Notes: generated from the letters alone by a model not told the origin. A DNA stretch of 64,000 bases from Octopus vulgaris (GCA_951406725.2 OX597830.1:4774001-4838000), one strand, 5' to 3'; counted from the stretch's first letter, positions 38,390 through 53,472 are shown. A program made the numbers and translations.

Positions 38390-39525
38390 AGGAAGGGCAT
38401 TAGGAAGGGCATCCAGCCGTAGAAACACTGCCAGATCTGACTGGGCCTGACGAAGCCTTCCAGCTTCACAGACCCCAGTTGACCCGTCCAACCCATGCTA
38501 GCATGGAAAGCGGACGCTAAACGATGCTGATGATGATGATGATGATATATATATATATATATATATATATCATCATCATCATCATCATCATTTAGCGTCC
38601 GTTTTCCATGCTAGCATGGGTTGGACGGTTCAACTGGGGTCTGGGAAGCCAGAAGGCTGCATCAGGCCCTGTCCGATCTGGCAGTGTTTCTACGGCTGGA
38701 TGCCCTTCCTAACGCCAACCACTCCATGAGTGTAGTGGGTGCTTTTTACGTGCCACCCGCACAGGGGCCAGACGGAGCTGGCAACAGCCACGGACGGATG
38801 GTGCTTTTTACGAAAGTAAAAACGACTTCTTATATTTCAAAGCAAATCCTCTCAACCAAAATGCTCCCACTACACTCATGTAAATGATAATATCAAGTGA
38901 ACAGCATGCTATAAAACCTTGTGGTTAAATTATACTAAAATAATAATTATATATGTAATTATATGTAATTATATATGTTCCATTATATAATTTATATATA
39001 TAATTATTACTTTGGTCTATATATATACATGTAGTCAAGCATTGCCGATGCTAATGCCGCCTGACTGGCTCCCATAATGGTGGTATGTAAAAAGCACCCA
39101 CTACACTCCCTGAGTGGTTGGCATTAGGAAGGGCATCCAGCTGTAAAAGCCTTACCACGTCTGACTGGAGCATGGTGCAACCTCCTGGCTTGTCAGTCCT
39201 CAGTCAAACAGTACTACCCTTGCTAGCATGGAAAGTGGATGTTAAATGACAATGATGATGATATATATATATATATATCATCATCATCATCATCGTTTAA
39301 CGTCCGTTCTCCATGCTAGCATGGGTTGGACGGTTCGACCGGGGATCTGGGAAGCCAGAAGGCTGCACCAGGCTCCAGTCTTATCTGGCAGTGTTTCTAC
39401 ATCTGGATGCCCTTCCTAACGCCAACCACTCCGTGAGTGTAGCGGGTGCTTTTTACGTGCCACCGGCATGGAAGCCAGTGGAGGCGGCGCTGGCATCGGC
39501 CACGAGTCGGATAGTGCTTTAGTGC
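38390..39525. mobile_element. Two tail-to-tail pairs of family-C SINEs around (TA)n
   Basis: 38390-38545(+)/38571-38812(-) and 39040-39262(+)/39278-39525(-); each junction is (GAT)n(AT)n(CAT)n. Confidence 0.88.
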
Positions 39526-39558
39526 TATATATATATATATATAATATATATCTGTGTG

Positions 39559-39602
<44 letters not shown>

Positions 39603-39995
39603 AGCACAGGCATGGTACGGTGCTTCTTTCTCAAACACATGGTTCGGGGTTCAGTCCCACTTCATGGCATCTTGGGCAAGTGTCTTCTACTATAGCCTCA
39701 GGCCTACCAAAGCCTTGTGAATGGATTTGGCAGATGGAAACTGAAAGAAGCCCGTTGTGTATATATATATATAAATACATATGGGTGTGTTTGTGTCTGA
39801 ATTTGTTCCCTGTCCATCATGTGACAACTGATGCTGGTGTGTTTACATCCTCGTAACTTAGCAGTTTGGCAAAAGAGACCAACAGAATAATTACCAGGCT
39901 TACAAAGAATAAGTCCTTGGGTAAATTTCTTCAACAAAAAGACAGTGCTCCAGCATGACCATAGTCAAAATGACTAAAACAAGTGAAAGAATTAA

Positions 39996-40035
<40 letters not shown>

Positions 40036-43000
40036 TTAATGTAAACAGCAAGTTGCAATGCTGCACCAAAATGGAGAATTATAATTGTCACTAAATGTGA
40101 CTAGGGTGTTAAAAACCACCTATATTGCTAGAAATGAGAGCTAAAATGCTCTAATGCAATAGTTAACACACATGAATGAAAACATGTACACTGACAGGGA
40201 CCATAGTTATCCAAAAAATACTGACCAAGAATTCTTAAGACTGATATGTCAGTTTTGGCAATTTCCATTGCCATCATGCATATGCACACATACTGGGCTT
40301 CCACACATTTTCTGACAAGGCTTTGGTCAACCTGGAGTTATAGACAAAATCACTTGATCAAAGTACCCAGGTGCTGAACAGTAGGACTAAGCCAGAAACC
40401 ACGAGGTTGTGATGTGGACATTTTAAACCAAACACTTGTGCCTATAATACAACTATCCATGGGTCTATGTGGAAATACCTCACATGAAATACTCAAACAT
40501 TAGTTTGCAACTTAAGATAATCGAAAATTAGCCAACTAATTAAAATACCATGTTCTGATGCTCTGCATTCTGAGATCAAATCCAGCTGATGTCATTTTGC
40601 TGTTCATCCTTTCAGGGTCAATGCATTAAGTCTGATACAGTAACAATTTTGTCAATCTAAAGCAATTATTCATATATTGGACATAATGCTTTGTGGCATC
40701 CATTCCCAGTCTTTGCATTCTGATAGCAAGATCTGCACCAATACTGGTGCCAAAAGTATTGGCTTTGCCTTTCCTTTGGATTTTAAGACATGAATTAGGA
40801 GACATGCATGAATGAACAACTGCTAGTCTTCTTGTGTGGAACTGCATCTTCAAGGGGAATTTTCCAGGTGCAGAAACTCAAGGTCAGCCAAAACAGAAGT
40901 AGGATTTGGAATATGGATTTTATTCTTTTTCATTAAAATAAGAATGGTGGATACCAGAATTACTTGAGTAACAGAGAAATTGGGGCTAGGGATTAGTTAT
41001 ATCTATTAAGGTATCACATTCAAAAGTCTACCACTATTTAAGGTTTAGTAAATGCTAAATTGATTAACTCCTTGTAAAAGTGTGACACCTTGAGCAAGAG
41101 TCTTCTACAAAAGCTTCCAGGCCAACCACATCCTTGGGAGTGAAGGAATTCTGAAAGAAGCCCTTTATGTATTGTGTGTGTGTGTGTGTGAGTGCGTATG
41201 TGTACATATGCACACATGCGCATGACTGTGTGTTTGCTTACATTTGCACTTCTCCAAAATTCGTTGAGATCCACTGAATTGGTACTGATGTCACTTGCAC
41301 TCTCAACAAATTACCCTTTGTCTTTGAGTAAAAACATAATGATTAGCAACGGGAACGATATCCAAATATAAAATAATACCTCAAAAATATACTCACCTAA
41401 CCCATGCAAGCTTTAAAAAAAACAAAAGACAGTTGCAGAAATGAATAAGCCCAAGCTCAGCTGAAGCTGACCACGAATGCAGATCTCTGCAGTGGAAGCA
41501 AATATCCAAATGAACAAATGATTAAACTGAAGGAGAAGCACAACAACAGTGAAATGAAGATACTGGATTATCGGATTTTATTACTGGACTCACTGTTCTG
41601 GAACATTCAGTTAGATTCATGACTCTTCTTACTCCATCATTTTTTCCCTTGCTCATATTTTACAGCTAAGAGCTCCATGGATGAAACAGTATATTTGGCT
41701 GTTTGAAAATTAATTGTTTCAAAAAATAACAGCTTACATCAACTAACAGAATGGGTCTAAAGCAACCACAAGGAACCAAAATAATAAATATGACATAAAA
41801 CTGGGAACTAATTCTTTAGCTGTAAAATTCTTCAAAGCAATGTGAGATAGTCTTTTAAGATATCTGCATTGTATTTGACATCAAAGATTTTGTTTTTATT
41901 TCTCATGTTATAATGCACTTTAATATTTTTTTATTCCCAAGGCTAATATATAAGTTCTTTCATTTAATTTGATCCAATATTTTGCAAAACATAAGACAAG
42001 CTGGCAGAATCATTAGCATGCTTGGCAGTATTTTGTCTGTCTTTACATCCTGAGTTCAAATTCTGTTAAATCAACTTTGTCTTTTATCCTTATGGGGGTG
42101 GGGGAAATAAAATAAGCAACATTTGATCCCTGGGGTCAATATTATCAAGTTAACCCCTCTCCCAAACTTGCTGGCCTTAAGCCAAAATTTGAAATCGATA
42201 TTTTGCAAAACCTGGCCCAATTGTTTGTGCATACGTGCACATGCATGTGCACGTGTAATAACTGCTCCTTTTAGATAATAAAACCCCTATTCACAGATTA
42301 AAATATAATTGCTTTGCCCACTTTTCATGGCCCTTTGTCTGGCTGAAAGAAAACTTAATTGCAATATCAAAAGTTCAACCACGTGGTCACTGACAAATGG
42401 TTTCTTCCATTTCAGCAGAATCAGTGAAATAATTGTTGTTTTTCAATCTGTTGCTCTCGGGAATTATTTCATAGTTTCATTAGTTTATATTTTATGCTTC
42501 ACTTCACTCCTCAACCATTCACTACCATTTTATTATGCAACTACTTCAAACGTTACTCTTGTATAATGTGCTTCGCTTTTCATGGATCGTTGATCTTTTC
42601 AAATATTCTTTCTCCCCGCTTCTCTTCTTTGCATAACATACAATATGTTTAAGCTATGACTCAATACAATCTAAAAAGTATTGAACTTAATACAATCTAT
42701 AAAGTATTGAATTAAACCGATGATGGTACTTTCGAGTGCAGTTCAATTATTGATCTCTTTTTAATTAAATTCTCACCTGCATATTTTCTTCGTTGTCTGA
42801 AGCCTTAATGAAGTCACTGTTTTTGAAGGCTATTTATCTCCACTTGATGCTCTTTTAATATCTCTTCCAATTCAAGCGGTGTATTTTATTCCCCCAAAAT
42901 GATGTTTTGGTTCATTGGTCCAAGAACTTTCAGATATATTCACCCAATGACTTGCATATGAAATATTCTAATATTCAGGTTATTATTTTATTATTCTTCT

Positions 43001-43480
43001 TTAATTTTAATAGAACTTTAGAAAATGGTAAAATATTTTTGCATAACTTGGATTTTCTAAACATTGTAAAACTTTAACAAAATCTATTCAGTAATTTTAA
43101 ACAAAAGAAGCATTTTAAGAAAATTAAGCAGAATATATATTGATATGTGCTATTATATAACATGTGGTCAATACGCTAGGGTGCTGCACTCAAGATCATG
43201 ACATTATGGTTTCAATTCCCAGACCAGCTATGCATTGTGTTCTTGAGCAAAACACTTCATTTCATGATGCTCAGTCCACTCAGCTGTAAATAGGTGGTAA
43301 CCTTGTGACACCTAAGCAAAGAAAGGTGAGATTGTGACTCAAGAAAATCCCTCGAATGTAAGTCTCATGAGCCACGATTTGTACTTAGTGGTTTGAAAGG
43401 ATGAATTTACAACCCGTTCTACAAACCCTAACTTGTTAGAATTGGTTGTTCAACTACATAAAAGGTCATCATTGTTATAA

Positions 43481-43872
43481 TCTCTCTATATATAAGGCTG
43501 AAGTTGTCTGTGTGTGGCAGGTTTGGTAGCCTTCAACTAACACTATCTCCTCCGAGACTCTACAGCGCAAGTTAACCAAAATTGAGAGTATGATAGGAGA
43601 AGGCTTGCTCTTCCTTATGTAGAAGAAAAAATTCAAATCGGACCATATTAACACCAAATTTATTTACATAAGAAAAGGTGCTTTTTTTCTCTGAAAATCC
43701 CTATTTTTTACGATTTTTTTACTGCTGTGTCGCCATTTTTCGGTGTATTTCAACCAGAAAAATGTTCACTTAAAGAGAATAACAAGCTACATAATGCAAA
43801 ACTTTTACTTTTCAAAAATTCTAATTCTAAAGGGTTGAAATAAACCCGAGCAATGCCAGGCGATACTGCTAG
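43481..43872 (+). mobile_element. Non-autonomous Helitron, copy 1
   Basis: Starts TC (TCTCTCTATATATAA) after host A and ends CTAG before host T, with no TSD. Subterminal imperfect hairpin cccgagcaatgccagg. Second copy at 55480-55869. Confidence 0.85.
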
Positions 43873-44659
43873 TATATATATAACAGTAAGTTCAAATCTT
43901 CATACATCTCCTATAACTGAGCATCAGGGTCCACCAGTATTATCCAAATGACTGATAGGAATAAAACTTTAGTCAACAAGACTGTTAATTTACTGAAAGG
44001 ATGCCAACAGTTTTGAACTCACAAAGCTGTAGGAATGGTTGTGAGGTTACGAAACCTGCTTCCCAACCATGTGGTTTTCAGATCAGTTTCATGGCACAGC
44101 AGCTGGGGTAAGAGTCTTTTATTATAGTCACAGACCAGCAAAAGATTTGTGAGAGCATTTGGTAGATGGAAACTGAAGGAAGCTTGTCATGTGTGTGTGA
44201 GTGTGGGTGTGTCTTTGTCATAAAAAAAACATATTGTTCATTTTCAGTCTTAGACAAAAAAACATGTCTGACTTCGGAGAAATATTACTTTGCTAGGAAA
44301 GTGGTGTGGGTTTGCAGCAGGAAGATCATCTGACTACAGTAAATCATATGCATAAAGGGAAAAGAAGACATGACTGTGATATGAAGCCCCACCCAGCAGC
44401 CATCTGTTGACAAACTTACCTGGATACATCAATAAACTTTGAAAAAAAAAAATCAATTACAACAGCTGATCGTCAGTTTGTAATGTGAAAAATTTCACTA
44501 ATAAAAAAATAAAGCAAAATGTTTCAACCCTTCAACACTCCACTCCATCACACAGTCTTCACACTCATTATTGCTCTAGTTTCTCTTGGCACCATCAAAG
44601 GGATGACTAACATTTGTTCTCAACTTTCATCATTTTGAGACAATATTTCTTCCACAGAA

Positions 44660-44853
44660 GGTGGCATGCCAGGCGAAATGCTTAGCGGTATTTCATGTCT
44701 TAACATTCTGGGTTCAAATTCTGCTGAGATCGTCTTTGTCTTTCATCCTTTAGGGGTCGATAAATTAAGTACCAGTTGCATACTGGGGTTTATTTAATCG
44801 ACTGGTCCTCTCCCCAAAAATTTTGGGCTCTGTGCCTAGAGTAGAAAAGAATC
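44660..44853 (+). mobile_element. Family-A SINE with 14-bp TSD
   Basis: TSD tttcttccacagaa at 44646-44659 and 44854-44867. Confidence 0.85.
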
Positions 44854-45839
44854 TTTCTTCCACAGAAAATTCAGAAGCATCAACAGTAGAGAATCTTCTC
44901 AAAACATTGTGTAAAACGTCCATTTAAAGACTTATTCTCAATACATTCCCCAACTAAAGATACGCTTTTTTCCCTTTTTTTCTTTTGCTATAAAAAATAA
45001 TTTTGACATACTCTGCTGATAATAGTTAGTCAACGCAAATATTCTTAAGTTTATTTTTTCAGTTTACAAACACCAATCAGTTGAACCTTGACTTATGATG
45101 CTGTGATGCTATCCTTTGAAATACTTATTCCTTGTAAATCTATGGATGTTGCATGACCAATGCATTTAGTTAGATTAGCTCTTTTCAGTCAAGCAGTGAC
45201 TGCATTTTCTTGGTTCTTCCACTTATTTTGGGGATTGCTACAGAGATGTGGGTGTCACCCGATAGATACCCTTTGTTCACAATGTTGGGGAATGATGCTA
45301 CAATTAAAAATATTGCTAGTATAATTGTGCAAAACTTGCTGATGAAAAACAAAAATATTTGCTCCTTTGAATATCAGTGAACATTGAGAAATTGGATGAG
45401 AAAAAGCCTGATCTTGTCATTAAAATGTCATATGTAATTAGCATACTTTGTTAATTTACATCTTTTTTTCTTCTCTAGTTAGCGTATAATATTAATTATT
45501 TACTAGCTTCTTTTGTACCACAAGCAATTACGGATGTTATGTTGACACTTTTCTATGAACATGGAATTTTTAATTTGCATTACTTCAATTTCATGACAAT
45601 CATTTCTTCCTCGTTTTGCAATAAAATCAAATCTAGCAGAATAAAATTTTAGTTTTAGCTGTATCTGACACTGAAATTTTACCATTATTAACTGTTATTG
45701 GTGGGAAACAGAAACATAATATATGATTTAGAATATGTGCACCTATCATTCAAAAGTTAACCATAACAAAATGGAACTGATTTTATCTCTAGCATCATGC
45801 TAAACTGTTGTCATGTCGACTCTTCTCCAGTTTTGAACT

Positions 45840-46480
45840 ATTGTCAAAAATTAAAATGCTTACAGCTCACACTCTTAATATCCATTTTATGGACAGACTT
45901 TACCATAATTAAAACATTTCTGTCTATATTCAAAACAGGACCTAGAAAGGTGTGAGGATCTACAACTGCTGAAAGCTTATCCCAGTTACTTGATTGGGGA
46001 TAAACTTTATTTCTAGTGTAAAATATTTTGGTACTATAATGTGTCTTTACCAATGACCCAAAAGCAATAGCTTGCTCTGAAGGTGCCATTACAAGTTTCA
46101 TTAAGTCTGAGACAGATGATTTAGACAAAATTCTTAAAGAATAATTGGCCTTATGTTGAACACAGTTTTATTAATGAAAATCAATTTTTATAAGTACTTG
46201 TGGGATCATCTTTGATTCTAGAGTTTTTATGCGAAAACAAGTCTTTTGTTAGGTTTTATTTTCAACAACTGACTTCAGTATTCAATTGAGCAATCTTCAA
46301 ATGTTGATCTTTTTCTTTGATGATGTCATTGATGACACATAATTCAAAGAATTTTGGTTTCACTCAAGCTTAGTGTCATCCATAAACAGAATTGGGTTAA
46401 ACTGTATTAACCCTGCCTGTTTCTTAACCATTAGCATGGTTTAAATAGTTATCAGACTCTCTCTTAGAATTGGTAACTGT
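45840..46480 (-). mobile_element. Possible decayed non-LTR reverse transcriptase fragment
   Basis: Minus strand LMVKKQAGLIQFNPILFMDDTKL resembles the R4/Dong-type RT motif NHLLFMDDLKL; the flanks are interrupted by stops. Confidence 0.4.
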
Positions 46481-47730
46481 TTATTAGAATTGTAAACCAG
46501 TATTGTCAATATATTTATTGTGTTTAGAATAATTATACAAACAATAACTTCAAACCTTCAAACATCTGTTTGAATGAAGAATCTAATATACCAACATCAT
46601 TTAGACATTTGATATAAAGGAGTATCATGGTATATACAGCTAGACATTTCTTATAAAGAGGTATCTTGGTTTATCAACCTCTGTCGTGCAACACACCAAA
46701 AATCTCATCTGAATCCTAACCTTTAAATGTATTTAAATATAATTCTTCAACCTTTAAATATAACATATATCCATATATATGGTGATATTGAAAATATATT
46801 TCTAAAACAAGGGATGATCTTATCTGTATAAGTGTAGCCAATAATTAAAACCTGCTAATCAATCTTTAGCTCAGATTTGATCCACTTCCCTTTAGAGTCA
46901 TTCTCAGCAGGTCTTAGCATTTTCACCATTTTATATTTATTTCAATTGTGTTTCTTGGATGCTGTTTTCTTTTATATATCTTCTGACCTTTTTCGATCGG
47001 TCAGGGAAGTGTCAGTTTGACCTTCTTGACCTTACTGTCATAATTCATTCTGCTGGCTAAAAATATATAAAACAATGCCAAGAGGTGAGGAATCAAGCTC
47101 TGGTTTTCAACTGAGACACACCAACAGACGGCCCTGGTTTCTTTAACACTAGGCTTAAATCTACCTCCAGCACCATCACCATCACCACTTCAACATGGCA
47201 GCAGATGAAACAAAAGGTGAAAGTCACCACTATTACTGACTAGCAAGTCTATCTTTCACTACACAATGCAACTATAACCAATGTGAATTATTCTCACACA
47301 CACACACATACATACACATGCACTGCCCAGCACATTAAAGCATGAATCGATAGAAATTCAGAAGGTAAAGAAAAATCAATATCGCAACATTTGTAAATAA
47401 ATGTTTTCCTGTGACAACATCCACATGTCTACAATTTGTTTACATTCTTTACCAAACCTTTGCATTTGGTGACAGGAAACAGTTAAACAACGGTCATCCT
47501 AATGTTACCACCAATGCACAGTGCAAGACAAAGTGTCTTCGTAAATGTGTAAACTTACCCAGGTGTTATCTTACTGGAATACCTCCAAAACTCTCTTCTA
47601 TGAAGCTGAGTACTGATATTATACCAATTTACTGATTTTCTCATGGGGGAAGACACTGTTCTTGAATTCTGTATCTAAAATATTTGCTGTGATATCTATG
47701 GCAACAATTTATTGAAGTAAATGAAGGTAG

Positions 47731-47965
47731 GGCAGCGAGCTGGTAGAAACGTTAGCATTTCGGGCGAAGTGCTTAGCGGTATTTCATCTGCCGTTATGTT
47801 CTGAGTTCAAATTCCGCCGAGGTCGACTTTGCCTTTCATCCTTTCAGAATCGATAAATAAAGTACCAGTTATGCACTGGGGTCGATGTAATCGACTTAAT
47901 CCCTTTGTCTGTCCTTGTTTTTCCCCTCTGTGTTTAGCCCCTTGTGGGCAATAAAGAAATATATA
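47731..47965 (+). mobile_element. Young family-A SINE with 19-bp TSD
   Basis: TSD tattgaagtaaatgaaggt at 47710-47728 and 47966-47984. Confidence 0.92.
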
Positions 47966-50341
47966 TATTGAAGTAAATGAAGGTCCTCTGGTTATAGCAT
48001 ACAGGCAGACTGCTTTCCGAGACCCCAGCTCACGGAAATGTGGATGTGCTCCAAATCAGTCACATGATCTAGTCTCCCCAACTTAGAATTGAACAGGTTT
48101 TATGCAACAAATGTAACCTCAAGAGAAAAAGAAAATCTAAATAAACCAGTGGAAGGAAATGGGAAACCGCTGCAGTAATTTCCCAAGAAAAATCTCGAAT
48201 CTCCAGGTTGTGGTGCGGTGGTCCATGATTAATTACAAATGTAGGTGTGACATGCAAAGTAAGGAAATTAGTCTATAAACTGTACTAAGTTATGCGGGAA
48301 CTTCATCATCATCATCACCACCATCATTATTATTATGGCTAACTGACAGAATTGTTAATATTTTTTTTTTTTTTCTTTTTTGTACTTGTTTCAGTCATTT
48401 GACTGCGGCCATGCTGGAGCACCGCCTTTAGAGTGGTGAAAGGGTACAGCAGGGATCACCACCTCCTGCCGGAGCCGCGTGGAGCTTTTAGGTGTTTTCG
48501 CTCAATAAACACACACAACGCCCGGTCTGGGAATCGAAACCGCGATCCTCCGACCGCAAGTCCGCTGCCCTAACCACTAGGCCATTGCGCCTCCACATGT
48601 CAGACAAACTGCTTCACCTGTCTTTATATTTTGAGTTCAAATTCCACTTGGGTTGACTTTGTCTTTCATCCTTTTAGGGTCGATAAATTAAATACCAGTG
48701 AAACACTGGGGTTGATGTAACTGACTAGTCCCTTCCCCCAAAACTTTAGGTCTTGTGCCTATAGCAGAAAGCATTATTATTATTATTATTGGGAGAGCAG
48801 TGCATGCCATCAAAGTGACACTAAGGTAAGACATACGAAGCTCAGTATACCCATCATGACCACCCATCTGATAAGGGTACACAAGGCACATGGATCACAA
48901 CCATATGTGTGCGACATAGTGATCACATATCAAGATAAACTGCACATGACCTTGCAGGTGGGGTCCAGTTAGAATTTTCTTCAGGTCAAGTAGCCCAACA
49001 AAAGGTCCCTGAATAAGGGTTGTTTAAGGATGTTGAACAAAAAGCCATGTTTCCAAAGGTGAATTATCCAAATCCCAAAGAATTCCTCTCAACATATAGC
49101 TACGATGCTCCCCCACTACTTCTGCTCATGATCAGAGGACATGTTCAACTGGTTACAGTCAAGGAACTGACAAGCAAATCTGTGGTATTGAGCAAAATAT
49201 TTGCTGTAGCCCATCTTTTATACCAAGACAATACAATGTATATGATAATACTTCCTATCAGCTGAGATCGGAAACCATGAGAATCACTGCCTGGTACTGC
49301 ATCAGAGCATCATCATCATCCTCATATAATAATAATAATAATAATAATAATAGTAATAATAATAATAATAATGAAAAGCACTCAGTCTGCTGTATAAGGT
49401 AGCTAGTATTAGGAAGGGCATTCAGCTGCAAAAATCTTGCCAAAACTGACAGTGAAGCCTGGTGTAGTCCTGTGTCTAGCCAGCTCTGGTCAAACCATCC
49501 AACCCACTCCAGCATTTTGATAGACAGTTTTGGTGAGATGTTACATGCTATTTCTCAAGTCTTCAATAGTTATGGCATCAATAGTTTTGAGAAAAATAAT
49601 GAGGCATCTCAGAAACTGTCCTAAAATGATTAAAATTAAACATCAAAATTAGAAATAATCAAAAAGATTTATTAAATATTGACAACTTGGTGATTTACTT
49701 AATTGGTAAAAATTACACTTAATTAAATTTTTTTTTAAATTTTAAAAATTGTTAGAAACTTCACTAATTAGTTATGAGTCTTACCTTGCTGTGGTTAATG
49801 AGTTGTGAATTTACAAGTTTAGACAAAAGAGTCTCTAATTCACCACACTTTAGGAAAACAAAAGAAAAAACTTTGAAATGTTTACTATTTCCATATTTAG
49901 TATAAATAAAAGAATTATATAGTAATACATTCCATAAATCTATGAATATCTTATCTCTATTTGCATGAAGAATGGATGTCTGTTATTTGTTTTTCATTTC
50001 AAATATTAAAGACACAGCTGCTATTTTTTAACAGAGAAATAAATAGACTTAAGTAAAATATGTGGTTGTCAAAAATATTACATTACAGAATTATAGTTTA
50101 CCATAATGGATCTGTGAGTTAATGTTACTTTCTAAAACACCTTTTTGTGTTTACATAAGTGTTTCTATTTTGAATGACATTAATAATTTACTACTTAATA
50201 TTTCTATTTTCACATTTAATTTACATCTTTCAAAATAAACTTACGAGATGGAAGCAGGAGATAATTGGTTGATCATTGACATCTACCTATTATGCAACTG
50301 TAGAAACATTGAAATTATTTTTAAAAAAAACTATGCAAAGA

Positions 50342-50409
<68 letters not shown>
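50342..50409. repeat. (TAT)n microsatellite followed by a family-A SINE cluster (50411-50920)
   Basis: Direct inspection. Confidence 0.95.
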
Positions 50410-50414
<5 letters not shown>

Positions 50415-50924
50415 TAGTGAGCTTGCAGAATCGTTAGCACACCAGGTGAAATGCTTAGCAATATTTCATCTGCCACTACATTTTGAGTTCAAATTCCACT
50501 GAGGTCCACTTTGCCATTCATCCTTTTGGGGTCAATAAATTAAGTACCAGTGAAACACTGGGGACAATGTAATCAACTTAATCCCTCCCACAAAATGGCT
50601 GCCCTTGAGGTAAAATTTGAGACGATCATCATCATCATCATCATCATCAAGGCAGCAAGCTGGCAAATTTGTTAGCATGCTGGGCAAAATGCTTCATGGC
50701 ATTTTATCCATCCTTACGTTCTGAGTTCAAATCCAGTCGAGGTTGACTTTGTCTTTCATCCTTTTGGGGTCGATGAACTAAATACCAGTGAAATACTGGG
50801 GTTGATGTAATCGACTAGTCCGCTTCCACAAAATTTCAGATTGTTATTATTAAGGTAGAAAACTGGCAGAATCATTAGCACACCAGGTGAATGCTTGTTG
50901 GCATTTCGTCTGTCTTTGTTCAGT

Positions 50925-51190
50925 ATTTTGAGAGAGAAGTTAGGCATAAGAGGAATTGGTTGCTGTGTGCAAGAGAGAAGACTGTACTGGTTTGGTCAGG
51001 TAATACAGATGGATGCCGACAGTGCCATAACGAAGTGCCAATCTCTCAAAGTAGATGGAACATGTGGAAGTGAAAGACTCAGGAAGACATGGGATGAAAT
51101 ACTGAAGAACAACCTCAGGATACTGAACCTTTCAGGCGAGATGATAAAGGACTAAGATGTCTGGCACCTTGCTGTACTCAAGAAGGCCAG
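50925..51190 (+). mobile_element. RTE-clade LINE ORF C-terminal fragment
   Basis: LREKLGIRGIGCCVQERRLYWFGQVIQMD..KCQSLKVDGTCGSERLRKTWDEILKNNLR..MIKD*DVW matches the RTE RL.WFGHV.RM..G.R..GRP.KTW..D..W consensus. It runs into a family-C-like 3' end. Confidence 0.85.
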
Positions 51191-52977
51191 TACTCTGCAG
51201 CAGAAGCATTAAGACTGGTCCCTCTGGTGGAGAAAAATACTCATGGCAGTGTCACATAAAAGTGCCCATGCAGTGCTGCATAAAAGCATTCATGCTGTGC
51301 CATGTAAAAGCACGCATGAGGTGCCCTTAAAAGCACCCAGCACACTCTAAAAACAATGCCAAATCAGACAAGTCTTGTTCAGCCCCCGCAGCTCTGGTCA
51401 AACCCAACCCATGCCAGCATGGACAATGGACATTAAATGATGATGATACTGATGATGATGCATGTATTGTATGTAAGGATGGGCTTCTGTACAATTTCTG
51501 TCTTCCAAATGTCATTCACAAATTATTGATTTACCTGAAACTTGTAAAAGGTGTTATACAGTGGAGACTGAAACTGGACCCTTTTGTATTTGTGAAGCAT
51601 GCCTGTCAACCACATGACCAAGTTTGTTCCCTATTTTATTTATCAATCTCATAATTGTTCCTCGATTTTTCTCTCAGACTGTGACATTTCATGTCTTTGG
51701 CAGTGATAACACCCAATCCAAACTCAGGTGGTTTCTTTCTATAAACAATTATGGATTTATAAAATATTTATTTACCTTGATAATCTGACTGAGTTTCTTA
51801 TCTTTAATGCTCATTAACTTATTATTTTGTCTCTAATTACCAACTTTTGGGTAATTAATGATAGTAACAAATAGAGGGAAGATATCATGTAATTTCACAT
51901 GTTAGATGCTATAATGTTCAAAGTTTATCTCAGTTATAGACTTAATGATATCAAAGGGGATTTCATACACAATTTAGAAATATATTTACTATTTCTGGGT
52001 AGTATTTTCGAGAACTTTTGTTTTATTATTACATGAAGGAGGAGAAGGAGGTAGAGGGGGGGTCATTAGAAGGACTTCTCAGACTGAAAGCTACTGAAAC
52101 AGTTTGTATTTAAAATGGATGTTTGCAGATAAATTACAGTAGGAAAGTTGCAGAAGGTTTCAGAACAAGTCAAAGGAGATAATGGGGGAGGTGTTCAGTG
52201 CAAGAACTGTGAAGAGAAATTATTTGAGGTAGGAAGAAAGAGAGGCAGTAGCAACTTCACCAGAGACTGTTCTTAAATGTGGAACATTAAGTTTGGTTCT
52301 CAAGCAAGAACTAACAAGGAAACCAAAACTTTTCTTTGCATTTGTCCAAGTTTACATGCAGTCAAATGTCACACATTCAATTTCTGTGCTTTGATGACGA
52401 TTTTAATTCAAATATTTCTAAAGATCATCCAAAAGGGTTTGTTTTCCAGAACCAAATTTATCAGAGCAATCAAAACCACCATTTGAAAAATTCTTGAAAC
52501 CACAGTCTGTATTTACAAGTATTCATCAATCAGGCTATACTCCACAAATGTCTTTCATTGCTTCTGTAGCGGTACCATCCTTTCAGATTTTATACAGTAA
52601 GCAATGATAAACAAACATAAAGGCTTTTAAAGCTTTTATCTTTCAAACAGATTAAACTTTACTGTACACCATAGATGACATACTAAAATATAAGCGGATA
52701 AACAAAATCTAGGCATATCTTTCTACCATTTAAGAATCATCATACTTATATTTATAACAGTGAATACATTAATACTTACTGGACACTCCAATATATATAA
52801 ATGTGTGTGTGTGTGTGTGTGCGTGCATGCGTATATGATTTTTGTATGTGCTGCACAATCCTTGGTGTGAAATAGCATATTGAAACAAATGTATATTGGG
52901 AGGGTCGTTTTTTTTTTCCAATAAGAAACACAAAAACTGGTTCTGCTTCACTTCTTTATTATCATCATTATCATAAC

Positions 52978-53010
<33 letters not shown>

Positions 53011-53095
53011 CTTTAAGAGCTAAAGCTGTGAGAATATATTAAAAAGAGATCTAATACAGAACAATGCCAAGATTAGTTTGCTTCTATTTGATTTG

Positions 53096-53372
53096 ATTAG
53101 GGCCGATGTGATTGATGCCAGAGCCACCTGACTGGCTCCCGTGCCAGTGGCACGTAAAAGGCACCATTCGAATGTGGCTGATGCCAGTACCCCAACTGGC
53201 TCCTGTGCTGATGATGCATAAAAAGTACCCACTACACTCTCGGAGTGGTTGGCATTAGGAAGGGCATCCAGCTGTAGAAACATTGCCAGATCAGATTGGA
53301 GCCTGGTGCAGCTGCTGGCTCTCCAGTCAAACCATCCGACCCATGCCAGCATGGAAAACAGACGTTAAATGA
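53096..53372 (+). mobile_element. Family-C SINE in (TAT)n with a 72-bp extra segment at its 5' junction
   Basis: Family-C consensus; (TAT)n on both sides; 53024-53095 is the reverse complement of 54341-54412. Confidence 0.85.
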
Positions 53373-53472
53373 TTATTACTATTACTATTATTATTATTAT
53401 TATTATTATTAAACTTATCAACAAAGTGAGATAAAAAAACATATATTATGCATCTTTATTTGTATACATTCA

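Noticed and set aside
42660-42712. 26-bp tandem duplication with internal palindrome (tcaatac..gtattga)
   Set aside because: Only two copies in AT-rich DNA; consistent with a simple slippage duplication.
42740-42900. Minus-strand coiled-coil-like peptide ELEEILKEHQVEINSLQKQ with a nearby CAG|GTGAG
   Set aside because: It is bounded by in-frame stops on both sides; insufficient support.
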